Shown here: positions 40,201 through 54,812 of the stretch, in pieces
How positions within the stretch are numbered: the stretch's first letter is position 1
Layout of the letters: every line of letters begins with the position of its first letter
From: the human T2T-CHM13v2.0 reference genome, Homo sapiens
Assembly: GCF_009914755.1 (NCBI RefSeq)
Contig: NC_060930.1
Direction: 5' to 3' (one strand)
Length of the DNA: 64,000 nt
Notes under the pieces: generated by a model
Seen by the model: the letters and a program-made list of their open reading frames with translations, nothing else
What the model was told of the DNA's origin: nothing
Databases searched by the model: none
Made by a program: the position numbers and the translations under genes

Positions 40201-40734
40201 AATAAACCACAAGAAAGAAATGAAGAGTAAGAGAGGAACACTGTGCTAAAAATGGTTAAGAACCAAAGCCAGTTGACTCTCCTCCATCTGATGATCCCTT
40301 TACCTCCACAAGTCTCCCCAGTGAATGAGAAGCATGGCCTTTGTGCCCTTCAGGGTTAAGGGAACAGCACTAGCATCATAGCAGTTTCCTCTAGACCCTG
40401 AGAAAGCCATTGTCTTCTCTGCTGGACAGTGATGTCTCCAAACCACAAACCACCAGGGTAACTGGCTGTGTTCTTAGGAGAGACAAGAAGCAGGGCACAA
40501 TGTCTCTTTGGGTGCCTAAAACCAGGCATCCAGAGAGAGCTTCCTGCCTTATACCCGGTCCAGTCTTTCACATTCTTTAAGAGGGAAACTCAGGTAGCAT
40601 GCGGGAAAGGGACCTGCCCAGGGCTGGATGGCTGATGGAGCAGAGACTGCCCAGGTCCTCAGCGTCCCTGACATGTTCTTCCCTTTCAGAATAGGAAACT
40701 CTCTCTAAGTTTCTCCTAGCAGTTGGTGTCCCAT

Positions 40735-41075
40735 AGAAACTTGATACAGCCTGCAGATGAGAACCCTTCTGGGAATTTCTTAGTAGCCACATTCAAAAAG
40801 AGTACAACGTAACAGTTGGAATTAATTTTAGTAATCTATTATAGTAATCTAATATTATTACTAATTTTAGTAATCTATTTTATATAATCTAATAGTATCC
40901 TTTCAACATGTATGTACTCAATCAAAGCAATGATTAATGAGATAGTTAGTGTTCTTTTTGGCACTAACCCCAGTGTGCATTTCATATTTCCTGCATGTCT
41001 CGGTGCAGACCAGCCCCCCTCAAATTTTCAATGGTCACATGTGGCCAGTGGCTATGGTGTTCAACTGTGAAGATG
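40735..41075. mobile_element. MER3/MER33-like hAT-Charlie DNA transposon
   Basis: TTTCTTAGTAGCCACATTCAAAAAG...TCAATGGTCACATGTGGCCAGTGGCTA. Confidence 0.6.
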
Positions 41076-42974
41076 AGGACATACCTCTGGTCAGGAAGCA
41101 CAGCCTGGGCTCCGATGCTGGTGCTGCTCCTGCTTACGGATGTGACTTTAGACATCGTCCTATCCTGCTGGAACCCAGGCTTCCTCAAGTCAAAAATGAG
41201 GGTACAAATACCTACTCCACTAACCTGTGAGGCCTACATAATCCCATAGAGTCCAAGATCCCCAGGAGGCATCTTTCTTGGTGCCTGGCACACAGAGGTA
41301 TGCTGAACCCTATTGCTATTATTAAGAGTTGTGCCATTCATTGGGTAAAATTCTTTCTAGGGGTTCTAGGAAATACATCCTTTCTCAGATTTTCATCGGG
41401 GTAATTCAGGACCACATTCTGGTAGAGATCATCAGTTGTGAGTAACACAATTTGATGTTTGAAAAAACATGTATTGAAAACCTCCTGGGTAGCAGACATT
41501 GGGCTTGGATATGGGAGCTTGATGTTTAAAAAGACATGGTTCCTGGTGGTGAGGGAGACAGCATTTGGGAACTCCCTGTACTTTCTGCATAATTTTTCTG
41601 TGCGCCTAAAACTATTCTGAAAAATAGAGCCTATATATATTTTGAAAAGATGTGGTCCATCATTAGCCTGACTGTACCTTTGTACAAATTAGACAGAGGC
41701 ACCTCTTTCTGAAACCAATTTTATTGCCAACAATCAGAAAGTTGTGCTAATAAATGTATATGTATTACATATATGTATATATTTATAAATACACATACAG
41801 CGACCACAATGTGAATGATGCTTCGGAATTGTGCAGCATAAAACCTTCACAACAGTGCACAGCAACCCTCTTTACCGTCAGTCAACTGGAGGAAGCAGAC
41901 ACACAGTCTAACTGCTAGACTAACAGGCAGGATGAAACAGGTCCAATAACAGTGGGAAAAATGAGAAGGCAGAGGATAAAGAAGGAAATCAGCCCGGGAA
42001 GAAAAGTATATGGAAGAGGTGAAGAAAGAAAGGGGGGACTGAGGCGAATGGGGTGAAAGGCAGTGGTGGGTGTCACACTCCCGCTCTGCCACGTTTTGTT
42101 ATTACTGCTTCCTGTGCACTGAGTATCTGTCGATGTACTCCTGGGCATGTCTCTGAGGACTGGGGATGCCCCTGGAGCCATGTGGTCTTGTGAAAGTAAG
42201 ACATTGAGTTAAGCTTTCTAGCTCTGCTGGGACAACATTAGACCAAGAAATGGGTCTCTGCTCCGGTAGACGCATCACCACCATCTGAAACAGCTTTAAA
42301 ACATGCTCTGCTCCCATAGAGAGAGAATGTCGTTGGCCCGCCAGCACGAGGGCTCCGGCAGGTTTGTTTCCCAGTGGTAGGAGACCCTTAGTTCATTCAT
42401 GCCACCTCTTTTCCTAGATACTCATGGAAATATGTGCTTTGAGGATGGCTGACACCTGCTTGGTATCCACTGGTTTCAATGCCATGGCATTGGCCTTCTT
42501 ACCCCTTTCACTAGACAAATAAGCTAAACTAGCCTCAGACCCACGCAGAGCTGCCACCTCTGTTCATTTCCCTGTGAGTCATCCTTAATGAGCTACAAAA
42601 ACGCATGACCCAGGCAGCCATGCAGAAGCCAACACTAGAAATGCATGTCCTTCCCGCAGGGTGGTGCGGTGGGGGAAAGGAGAGTTCCGAATAAGCGCCT
42701 GCCTTTAACTTCCTGAAGTCAGGGTCAAATCCAGCAGCCACCTCAAACCACACCTTCACAGGAACAGTCATAGCTTTGCAAAGAACTGAGAAGAGACAGT
42801 TGTATGTGACCACATCCAGCAGAGGTTACACTCACATCCCAACCAACCCTGTAAAAAGACCACAGGAGAAAAGTCAGAGCGCCACACAACAGAACCAATG
42901 CAGCCTTGGCCAACTCATGGAGCATATCAGGAGATGTGGGCTTGGAGAGCCACATCTTTTTTCAATGTATATAT

Positions 42975-43170
42975 AATTTCAACTTTTGCTTTAGAGCCAG
43001 GGGGTGCATGTGCAGGTTTGTTACATGGGTATATTGCCTGATGCTGAGGTTTGGGATACGTTGGATCCCATCACCCAGGTACTGAACATTTCACCCAATA
43101 AGTAGTTTTCAACCCTTACCCCACTCTCTCCCCGACCTAGTAGCCCCCAGTGTCTACTACTGCCAAAACA
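42975..43170 (-). mobile_element. L1PA/L1PB 3' end fragment
   Basis: CATGTGCAGGTTTGTTACATGGGTATATTG...GATCCCATCACCCAGGTACTGA. Confidence 0.8.
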
Positions 43171-43429
43171 GTCAGATGTTGAAGATGGGTAGGAATCTCC
43201 ATTTCCATTGTGCTTTTCCAGAAATATTCTATGTTCATGCTGCCTCTCAAGCTATATTGTTTGTGGTGACCGACATAAGTAACAAATAATCAAGAGCATC
43301 CATGGGAATGCTGCACACCAACAGCCAGACAAAGACTCCCTCCTCCAGACATCAGTGGTGAGTGGGCGGAGGAGAACCTGTTACATCTGCATGTTTGAAT
43401 ATTTCGTGAGCAAATAAACCTCCACCTAG

Positions 43430-44020
43430 GAAGATATGTGGATGGCAGATAGGCGCATGGAAGGCTGTTAAATGTCATTCATCATTTCAGAAATTCAAAT
43501 TCAGTTACAAGGGGCTCTGCAGTCCTATTAGAATGGCTAAAACGGGAATGAAAACATCTGGCAATACCCAGTGTTGAAGAGGACACGGAACAACCAAAAC
43601 TCTCATACGCGTTGCTGGCGAAAGTGAAAAATGGTAAACCAGTTTGGGAAACAGTTTGGTGGTTTCTTATTCAGTTAAACATATGCTTACCATCTGACCA
43701 AAAGATTCTGCTACTAGGCATCCCTTAACCAAGAAAGATGAAATCTTATCTTCACATAAGCATGAATTAATTTTCAATGCATTTAAGTGGAAGAAGCCAG
43801 ACCCAACAAACTACCTACTGTAGGTTTCACTTATACGACATTCTGGAAAAGGCAAAAAATAGTAAGAACAGAGGAGAGATCAGGGAATACCAGGGGCTGA
43901 GGGTGGGAGGAGTCTGCCCCAGGGCAGCATGAGGAGGGACCCAACTGTTCAGCGCCATGCTTATGGTAGTGCTTATGGTAGTGCTTACCCAATTTGATGC
44001 ACTGCACACCAGAAAGAGTG
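43430..44020 (+). mobile_element. Old L1M fragment
   Basis: CCTATTAGAATGGCTAAAA...GGAACAACCAAAACTCTCATAC...ATTCTGGAAAAGGCAAAA. Confidence 0.7.
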
Positions 44021-44025
44021 AATTT

Positions 44026-44393
<368 letters not shown>

Positions 44394-45275
44394 TCAAAAG
44401 TAGGCATTTTAGTAGCTTCGGATCTGAGAAAAGTTGTTTTCCCACTGAGGAATGCCATAGTATTCTGTTTTTCAAGTACATAACGTTCCTAGAAGAGCCA
44501 AAATTAAACTTAAAAAAGAAAAACAAAAGAAAAAAAGAAGCTGATGTAATTGACAACTTTTATAGTCTCCTCGTTTCATTCAGGTCAGTAAAGGATCAGC
44601 AAAGAGAAGCAAACATTCAGCATGCCATGGCTGGGACCCTAAGCACCACACAGGCCAGGCTAGAAAGTGCCTCCCAGACCCAGCATGCTTTTGCTCACAG
44701 ATGCGTAAGCTAAGGGCGTGTGAGCCGCAAAGTCGGGCCTGGGCTTCAGCCCTGCTACTGCGACTCTGCCGGGACAAAGGGAGGCACTGATCCCCACAGG
44801 CCATCCCAGACACTGATACATTTTTGACTTGCCAGCATCTTCGCTACCTTCTCTTTCATTTTCCTATAATCCCGTTTCCTTTCACAGCATGTTCCCTAGG
44901 TGAGGAACAGCAAGTACCTGTAGGTCTGGAACGAGGGCCCAGGGCCACGAAAACCAGCCATGGGATGGAACAGGAGGGAGAGAGGAGGGGATGGACATGG
45001 CTTCTGTGTCTGGGACCACACGCTTCATGTTTTTTCTTCCCTTGGCATTTCTGTCTTGGCACAAGGGAAGTTTCAAAACAGCAGGAGCGAAGTGTTTTCC
45101 AGCTATGGCCAGGCACCCCCAGCACTGAACACAAGAATGCTAAACAAAGTCCTATGGTCATTTTCCTTAGGCCCTCCCGCCCCCAGGCTTTCTCAGAGAT
45201 TGTGGAACAATGGAGCCCATGATTTTAGGATGCAGCTCAGTCCCTGGAGGCACACAGGCATCCTCCCTCCACCTG

Positions 45276-46596
45276 TGTGTCCAGAATTGGCGGGTTCCTG
45301 GTTATCACTGACTTCTAGAACGAAACCACAAACCCTCGCGAGGAGTGTCACAGTTCTTAAAAGTGATGTTCCTGTTTCCAGTTTCTTTCTTCTGGTGAGT
45401 TCAGTTTCGCCGGCTCAAGAATGAAGCTTCAGACCTTCACAGTGAGCGTTACAGCTCTTAAGGCAGTGCCTCTGGTGGGTTTGTGATCTTACTGACTTCA
45501 GGAATGAAGCTGCAGACCTTTGTGGTGAGTGTTACAGCTCATAAAAGCAGTAGGGACCCAAACACTCAGCAGCAGCAAAACTTATTGCAAAGAAAGAAAG
45601 CACAAACTTCCTACTATGTGGAACCAACCCCGAGTGAGTTACCACTTTTGGTTCCTGCAGCCTGCTTTTATTCCCTTACCTGGCTCTCTCTCCCTGCTCC
45701 TCCCCCGCCATATCCTGCTGATTGGTCCATTTTACAGAGAGCTGATTGGCCCATTTTGACAGGGTGCTGATTGATGCGTTTACAATCCCTGAGCTAGAAA
45801 CAAAAGTTCTCCAGGTCCCCACTAGATTAGCTAGATACAGCATGCCGATTGGTGTATTTATAAACCCTGAGCTAGACACAGAGTGCTGATTGGTGCATTT
45901 ACAAACCTTGAGCTAGATACAGAGTGCCGATTGGTATATTCACAATCCGTTAGCTAGACATAAAGGTTCTCTAAGTCCCCACTAGACTCAGGAGCCCAGC
46001 TGGTTTCACCCACTGGATCCTTCAGAGAGGCCGTAGGTGGAGCTGCCTGCCAGTTCCGTGCTGTGCGCCCGCGCTCCTTAGCCCTTGGGCGGTCGATGGG
46101 ACTGGCGCCCTGGAGCAGGGAGCGGGGCTCCTCCGGGAGGCTCGGGCTGTGCAGGAGCCCACCGCTGGGATTGGGGAGAGGCTCAGGCATGACTGGTTGC
46201 AGGTCCCGAGCCCTACCCTGCGGAGAGGCTGCTAAGGTCCGGCGAGAAATCGAGTACAGCAGCTGCTGGCCCAGGTGCTAAGCCCGTCACTGCCCGGGAC
46301 TTGCGGGCCAACTGGCCACTCCGAGTGCGGGGCCCCCCGAGCCCACGCCCACCCGGAACTCGCGCTGGCCGCAAGCGCCGCGCACAGTCCGGGTTCCCGC
46401 CTGCGCCTCTCCTTCCACACCTCCCCGCGCAAGCTGAGGGAGCCGGCTCTGGCCTTGGCCAGCCCAGAAAGGGGCTCCCACAGTGCAGCGGCGAGCCGAA
46501 GGGCTCCTCAAGCGCGGCCAGAGTGGCCACCAAGGCCGAGGAGGCGCCGAGAGCGAGCGAGGGCTGTGAAGGCTGCCAGCACGGTGTCACTTCTCA
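45276..46596 (-). mobile_element. Solo LTR12 (HERV9 LTR)
   Basis: Minus strand runs TGAGAAGTGACACC...TTCTGGACACA, with a perfect TSD CCTG at 45272-45275 and 46597-46600. Confidence 0.95.
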
Positions 46597-47917
46597 CCTG
46601 GGCCTGGAGCGGCATCTTACTCATTCTGTATTCTCAGGCACCAACAAATAGCTTGGGATGTCACGGATGACTCAGCTAGATGTGCTTAAAAATTAAATGC
46701 ACGGTAACGGGGCTAGGACTGCCACCCCTGGCTCCACTTCTCAAAGGAAGGGAGCAAGAATTCTATCAGAGATACAAGGTGGCATTTTGGGGGACAGAGG
46801 TTAACTCAGGTGGACTATTTTCACTGAGCATTTGGATGACATACACTTGGGATAAACATTTTACCATTCCAATGAGAAGAACCCTAACTGCAGAGCTGGG
46901 AAGTAGTACAGGGAAGGAGCTCAGTACCCTGCGGCCCAGCAGGAATATGCCGGGCACTGTGTGTGCATGCTCCATCCATTCTTTACAAAGCGGCCTTGCG
47001 GTGCCTGAGACCCCTATGGGCAAGCTGAGCAGTGGAGGAAGACACAAGAAGAGGCAGCAGCCCACGAAGGGCAGCAGGAGGGCCACCGTGAGGGACGGAG
47101 CGCTGTGACTCATCTCTCCACCGACGCCCAGTTTTCATCTCTGCGGGCTTGATCAACTCAGCTTTCACGGGGAAAACGCCCAGGTCAAACACAGTTCTTC
47201 AGTTATTAGAAACACTGTGGTTTCCCCCAGTTCCCTGGTCTGAGCCACCGGCATGAACTGAACACAAGGCAATCCGCCAGCAAGCTGGTCTCATTTGTTT
47301 TTGATTAGGATGTGTTGGAATGGGAAAGAAATGTTTCTTTATCAGTTGAGGTATTAATAGACCGACGGAGGCCTACAGAGCTGCAGAGGCAGGATTTCGA
47401 GTCCAGGGGCTCCTCTGAGGCGTTGGCAGGGGCAGCGCATCAGCAGCCGTGACACTGCCCTCGCCGTGTGGCATCCTCTTGAGTTCCGTCCTTCAGCGCA
47501 GTTCCCTCCCAGGACAGGCCAAGCCTCATCTCATTCATGAGCTGGGAAGCTCCCATGGAAAGTCCACATCCTTTGGCCTCCGTGCCCAGCTCCAGGCCCA
47601 GGAGACGCCTGCTGCGCCAGCTGTGCTGCTATCTGGGCACGCATTGTGTGGTGGTCACAGATCTAAGTTTCTGTTTCTGGGATTCACAGGCAAACAGTCG
47701 CATCCATTTGCCACCACATACAAGTGCTGAACCAAACAACGCCTGCTGACTGGACTCTGAGTAATATCTGGCTGTTTCCCTAAATCAATTTCACTGGAAA
47801 CAACTGTGAATGTTCAAGAGAATGTGTTTCATTCTGCTCTGGAATGAGTCCAGGAGAGAGCACCAGGGGTCTCAGCTAGGTGCAGGGAATAGAAAGATGA
47901 AGGAAGCACCAACATCA

Positions 47918-48550
47918 ATTTTTTTATGTACACATAATATAAAAATGCACCATTTTAACCATTTTTACGTGCAGAGGTCGGTGGCACCAAGCACCTTTTC
48001 ATGGTTGTGCAACCATCACCATCATCCTTCTCTAGGACGTTTTCATCTTCCCAAACTGAAGCTCTGTCTCCATTAAATACCAATTCCCCATTCCTCTTCC
48101 ACCAGCCCCTGGCAGACACCATTCTGCTCTGTCTCTACGAATTGACTGCTGTAGGAGCCTCACAGAAGTGGAATCACACAGTGTTTTTTCCTTTTATGAC
48201 CTGTTTATTCCATTTAGCAAATATCCTCAAGGTTCATGCATGTTGTAGCATGTGTTAGAATCCCCTTTTTTTTGCCATCTGAGTAACATTCCATCATATC
48301 ATATCATTCCACATTTTGCTGGTCCATTCTTCTTTTGATGGACACTTGGGTTGCTTTCTTTTGACTCTTGTGAATAATGCCACGATGAACATGGGTGTGC
48401 AAATATGTAATGCTGCGATGAACATGGGTGTGCAAATGTCTCAAGGCCCTGCTTTCACTTCTTTTAGAATTCTACCCAGAAGTGGAGTTGCTGGACCAGG
48501 TAGTAATTCCGTGTCACTTTTGAAGACCACCATATTATTTTCTGCAGCAG
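47918..48550 (-). mobile_element. L1M (L1MB-like) 3' end fragment
   Basis: Same family motifs as 30015-30705, plus a 33-bp internal tandem duplication near 48375-48438. Confidence 0.8.
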
Positions 48551-49119
48551 CAGCTGACTTGACTTTTTTTAATGGAGACAGGAGACAGTTAACATGATGT
48601 TAACTGAACAGATCCCATGCCCAGCACAGGTATGTGCAACGGTGGCAGAGCCAGGACGGGAACTGGACTTCAGGCCTCACCAGGGCAGGCTTCTCCAGAG
48701 CTGCATCCTTAGCCAAATGCTGAAGGAGGCTGTATTTGCAGGGTGCACTGGTGAAAACAGGTGCTTGGCAGAAGCACCCAGCAGTGTGCACAGGGAGGGG
48801 CCCCTGCACTTGTGTCCCAGAAGCCCCCAGTCCTTGATAGTAAAGGCAGAGAAAACACCATTCTATGAAAGCTGCCACAATTTGAACCTGTTAAGCGTGA
48901 GAGAAGTCAGTCTTCTTTTAGGACAGAGTGGATTCTTTTTTCTTTTTGGCAAGTAGAGTAGATCTAGGAAAACTGGCTGAAGGGACACTGAGTTTTAGAA
49001 ATGCAAAACAAAGGAGCTCAGCCTCCATGACTTCTGACTGCCACCAGGGCAGTAATCGCTGGAACACATACATGGCTGTCGTTTACTGGCTGGCATTAAC
49101 TTACTGATTCATAAAAGAA

Positions 49120-49250
49120 CTCCATGAGGGAAGTACTACGATCATCCCATTTTACAGACGTGGAACAGAGAGGTCAAATAAGTTACCCGTGGTCACCCAG
49201 CTTATAAGAGGGACGAGTTCCGCTCCAGATAGCCTGACTGCGCTTGATCT
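49120..49250 (+). mobile_element. MIR fragment
   Basis: ATCATCCCATTTTACAGACGTGGAACAGAG...GGTCACCCAGCT. Confidence 0.65.
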
Positions 49251-50769
49251 CATCTCTGCAGGGTGAAGAGTGCTGAAGAAGCAGACACCTGCCCTCTGTG
49301 GCTGGGGATACAAATAATAATAAACAAATGAGCATAAACATATAGGACGTACCACAGGGGGTGGCAGACTTTTTCTCTGAAGGGGTCAGCATGGCTCCAT
49401 TGAGACTTTCTTTAGAGACACTGAGGTTTCCCTGGTGAGACGGCTGTCAGACGGGGCCGGTGGGCTGATTCCAGGCCTCATGCCTTCCCTTCTTGGCTTT
49501 GTGCTCATCTCTCTCTGATATCATTTCAGGAGTCTGCAAACGACGGACTGTGGTTCAAACCCAGCTCACTGCACATAATTTTTTTTCAGCCATTAACAAC
49601 ATGTGAAAAGTATTCTTACCTCCCAGGTATTTGATCTCATCATACATTTTTCATTGTCAGCAGCAGACCAAGAATTGCTCTGATGCCTTATAGGAACTTG
49701 TCTGTTCAAAGTGTACATGAAATAACTTTCAAATCATGCACTGACAGAAAGAATAGCATAATGGCCATGTATACTCATCACCAGCCCCAGCCTCATCTCA
49801 TCTGTGACCTGCCCTTTGCCCCTCCCCTAGAATTATTTTGGAATAAATCCCAGACATTGTGCCAAGAAACAAATGACTCTTAAAAGACATATGTCTCAGA
49901 AAATTTTGTATGTCTCAGAATATTTAACATAAATATATCATACACATCAACTAAGGATTGTGTTAAATATCCATCATTTTGCTTTATTTAGATTCATCTG
50001 AATTTACCAGAAAGAAATCTTAGTATTTCCTGATATAAATGTACCAAATATATTCTACTAGTCTAGTTGCATTGAAACTCAGATTTTTCCGTGGATGTTC
50101 ATTGTCCAAAAATATGGCCAAAAAGAAGAGCATCACGCAATACTAGAAAACATAGGAAATTTAAATTTCCCAGGAGAGCCCTACTGATTTGCTGATAGGG
50201 GTGTAACAAAATCACTCTCTGCCAGTGATGCTGTGAAAACTGGAGGAAGCCTAAGCAAAGGGTTTTGCAACAGCTCTTCTGGAAAGAGAGTTCCAACAGG
50301 ATAGAGTCAGTGCAGCCACGTGCAAGGCAGCTGTGATCCAAGTCTTCCGTAGTAATTAACACTCTGTAATCTACCACCTATGGCTTGGGCGATAATGAAG
50401 TACCTGGCATTCATCCAGCACCTTCTCATGAGCGTGCTGCGTTCCCTTGCATCAGCTCACTGTGCATCTCTATTTCTATCACTTGCGGTTCACGGGACCA
50501 ATCTTGTGATGGCCAACATTGTGATGGCCCTGGCAGCACAGGCACATTTGGCATTGAAGTATCCTGTTCCCTTTGCTGAGGTCCTTTCATATCACACTTG
50601 CCTGCTGAACTACCTTTATTCAAACCTCTGGCCAGTCAGAAAGTGGTCTTTGTCTTCTCGGGTTGAGGCTGGGGCTGGGCATGTCAGTAGGGTCTTGGAG
50701 AGTGATAGTCCAGCCCAGGATGCCACTCCTAGGCTGGGAGTTAAGGCTGGCGCTCGTCTGGGGAGTAGG

Positions 50770-51465
50770 CATCCCATCCCTTCCTCCCCGCTCCCTTCCC
50801 TTGCCCTCCTCTCCCTTCCCCTTTCCTTCTAATCCTATCCCATCCCTTCCATCCATCCCATCCCTTTCATCACATCCCATCCCATCCCAGCTCATCCCAC
50901 CCTTCCCTTCCCATTCCACCTGTCCCATCCTTTGCCTTCCCATCCCTTCCATTCCCATCCTATCCCATGCCATCCCCTCCCCTCCCATCCCTTCCCACCA
51001 TTCTCTTCCATCTTCTCCCTTTCAATCTACCCCATCCTTCCCATCCCATTCTACCCCATTCCATTCCATTCCATATCATTCCTTACCATCCCTTCCATCT
51101 CATCCCATCCATCCCATTCCATCCGTTTCAACCCATCCCATCCACCCCATCCCATCCTTTCCATCTCTTCCATTTCCTTCCCTTCCATCCTCTCCCACCC
51201 ATCCATCCCATCCATCCTATCCATCCCATCCCATCCCATCCCATCCCATCCCATCCCATCCCATCCCATCCCTTCCTACCCTGTCTCATCCCTTCCCATC
51301 CTATATCATCCCTTTCCGTCCCATCCCATCTCTTCCCTTACTGTCTATTCTCTTCCCATCCCTTACCTTCCAATCCCATCTCTTCCCTTTCAATCCCATC
51401 CTACTCCATCCCATCCCCTCCCATCCCTTCCCATCCATCCCATCTCCTCCCATCCCTTCCCATTC
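50770..51465. repeat. Degenerate (CCCAT/CCCTT/TCCAT)n pentamer array
   Basis: About 700 bp with almost no G on the + strand; pure CCCAT run at ~51220-51270. Confidence 0.93.
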
Positions 51466-53153
51466 TACAGCTGCCTAGAGGAGTCAGCTCGTTATTTACG
51501 GCCAGTGGCACTGTCTTTACTCTTTGGCACGCCCCTCCCATCACTGAAGACAAAATCGATTTCCCTTTATAGAAAGCATGAGGTTTCACAAACTTTCTGG
51601 TGAGTTCTACTCCCCTGGCTTCTTTGCAGGAAAGCTCAGCCACATTACCGACTTCAACAGCCGAAATGTGAGAGGAAGTGACCCCATCACCTCCAGGCGG
51701 ACACTTAAGAGCTGGCACATGGGTGATGGAGGCGCTGTCAGAGAAGCTCGAGGGCATTCGTACCCCTCTTCTGCAGCCCAGCCACTCCCCTGTCCTTGCC
51801 TTACACTACAGGACACTTGTGTGGAGTCTGTGGGCAGCTCCAGCTGCCAACACACCTCCCACCTCACCCCTGCTCAGGGCCCACCCTCAGGTGGGTTTCA
51901 AAGGGGAGCAGGCTGAGTGGAAGTGGAAGGAGGCTACTGCAGGCACCTCCCCTTGTGCTCTGGGAGCTGGGGCTGCCCACAGCCCTCCATTCCCATACCA
52001 AGACAAGTGCCCCAGGGGCCTTTCACAGGTGAAGGGTGGCCCATCTTGCCAGCTCACCCAGGACCCACAGAGGGGTCTCGGCACTTATTCTTCTGTCACC
52101 TCCCAAATCTCTCCTGCGCCTCCAGCCTCAAGGAGAGTGGCCTCTTCAGTTCTCTCCACCATGCTTCCGGTGGCAGGACTGGCCTCTGGGAAAGGGCTGC
52201 CTCATCTGTCACCTCTTGTTTGGGTTGCAGGTGGGATGCAGGTTCAGAATCCATGGAGAAGACATGGTCTGTGTAATCGGCAGCTCTCCCAGGAGGGGCC
52301 GGGCTCAGGGACGTGTGTTAGGCTCAGAAGAGCGGGTGTTTCTGGTGCATACAACCCTCTGCACTGTCAATGTCCAAGCTCAGGGACCCACTCATGTGTC
52401 CTGCCTGTGTTCCCCCAGCCCCAGGTCAACCTCCACACGGAAGAGGCCTGGAGGGAGCCCTGGCCACAACCCTCAGGCTGGGGTGCATTAGAGTGGAGGA
52501 CATAGGCCTGGCTTACTGGTATTTGGTGGCGGGGACCTCTATGATGGTGACACACTTCAGTGTCCCAGCCCCTCAGCAGCCCTGCTCGTCTGCAGCCCCC
52601 TCTGACCTCCCGCACTGACTCCACCATCCAGACACTTACTCATGATGGGGACAGCGGCAGAAGCTCCCCCAGACAATGCACTTAAATATTTGGAAACCTG
52701 TTTGTACATTCATTTCTTAAAATTCTCGGGGCAAACGTGGGTCACAAATTCACTGCACATTTTTTGAAATGTCCCTCTTCCATCCTTCATCTCCGTGTCC
52801 ACTGCCACGGCCTCCTAATCGCAAGGAGAGCCATTTTTCTTCACACTTCCTGACCAGACTCCTCCTGTCAAGTTAAGGTGGGGGAAATGCCGTGGCACCG
52901 TCCCTTCTCCTGCGCCATAATGGTTGCCTAAGGACCGCGGGACTAACCCTCAGCTCCAGAGGGAGGGGCTGCTTCACCTTGGAATGGCTGTTGAATGAAG
53001 GAAGGAGTGAAAATGTAGAAAATAATCTCTCATTGCACACTTCCTGACACAACAGATACTTTTACTTTTCGTTATTCCTTTCTAATTGTATTCATGCTTT
53101 TGACATGGCTATAGTCATCGTATAAATGCAATTGTATTGTCTAATTACAATAG

Positions 53154-53519
<366 letters not shown>

Positions 53520-54812
53520 AAGAGCCACATTTTATTACTTGTTTCTCCATTGTTGAAATTTAGGTTGGCCCCCTTAGATGTGTGCATGTATATTAATAAT
53601 TATTTCCAAGGAATATGTTCTTAACAAGTGGAGTGAGTGGGTCAAGGGTGACCCTTTGAATAATTTTGTCTACATACTGTGGGTTTGCCTCCTTGAGGGC
53701 AGAGCCACCCTCACTGCAACCAGCACCTTTTCAGATACAGGCAACATCTCTGCAGGCCTCAGGTGTTCCCTTATAAACATTCTTCCTCCATTGAAGTGGT
53801 GTTGAATGGCTCTCATTAGTGTCTTAATTTATTTTTATTTTTGGACTGTTTTTCACGTCTGCCTTCCCTGTTCTAAGAATGATAATAATGCAATAATCAC
53901 TACTACTATTGCTACTACTTGAAAATGCCCTGGCTGCTTTGGAACTATCTAAATATCTCCCTTGAGCCTCAAAACAACTGTGTGGGGGTACGTGGGGGAA
54001 GATATTCATTAACTACAGGTGGGAAGCTATTGCCCAAACAAGAAGCCAAGACGAGCACCCAACTCCTCTGGTACTGTGTTCACTGGTCTTGTAAAACATT
54101 GTCAAGGTAATGACATCTGTGGTAAAATATCAAAGAACACAGCAAGGCTTTGAATAGGAAGAAGAAGCCCCAGGCACTCCTTCCCCAGAGCGGCACCTGG
54201 CTCCCTCCACCTGTGCGTCTGCAGGTGCTTCCACCCAGGACTGTGGACCCAGGACTGCCTCCACCCAGGACTCCACCCAAGACTGTGCGCCCTGTGCCCC
54301 GGGTTGCTGATTGTCTTACCTACTGACTTCCTCAGTGAGTGCGGGAGTTTGCCTTCGAGAGCCGTCTACCCTCCCACGCCCCGATGGTGACAGTGCTGTC
54401 CCCAGCTGTCCTGCTGGCTGTCCCTCCGTGGCATCCCCCCTTCCTTTCCCGCAGGCCCCCTCTCTCTTCCGCTTAGCCACAGGGTCACTCTCTGGGGCGA
54501 AACTGCAATACGCCTATGGTCGTCTGTGATCAAATTGCAGCTGATGATGTGGGCTTTGCTTGGCGACCATAACCGAGTCTTCTGCGCTTTGTCTGCCCTA
54601 CAGGCTGAGAGCCAATGGGGAGGCCACGTCCCTGAAGCACCAGGAAACTCTTCCCCGCGGAGCCAAGGGGCGCTGGGTGGCCTTCCCTTCCTCGTACAGC
54701 TTTTTGCTTTTCCTAGAGTTTCTAACCCACTAACTGGGGGCCCAAAGTAAAGCAGAGAAGTGGGGAAAAGGAACCAAGGGAGGGAAGAAGAGCTCCAAAA
54801 TGCTGTTCAAAA

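Noticed and set aside
43620-43629. GAAAGTGAAA ISRE/PRDM1 motif
   Set aside because: A single match inside an old L1 fragment with no supporting cluster.
50620-51603. SHPIP-repeat ORFs of 200-270 aa
   Set aside because: Translation of the (CCCAT)n simple repeat.
51678-52505. 275-aa ORF
   Set aside because: GTG start, no domain features, no splice-consistent exon structure.
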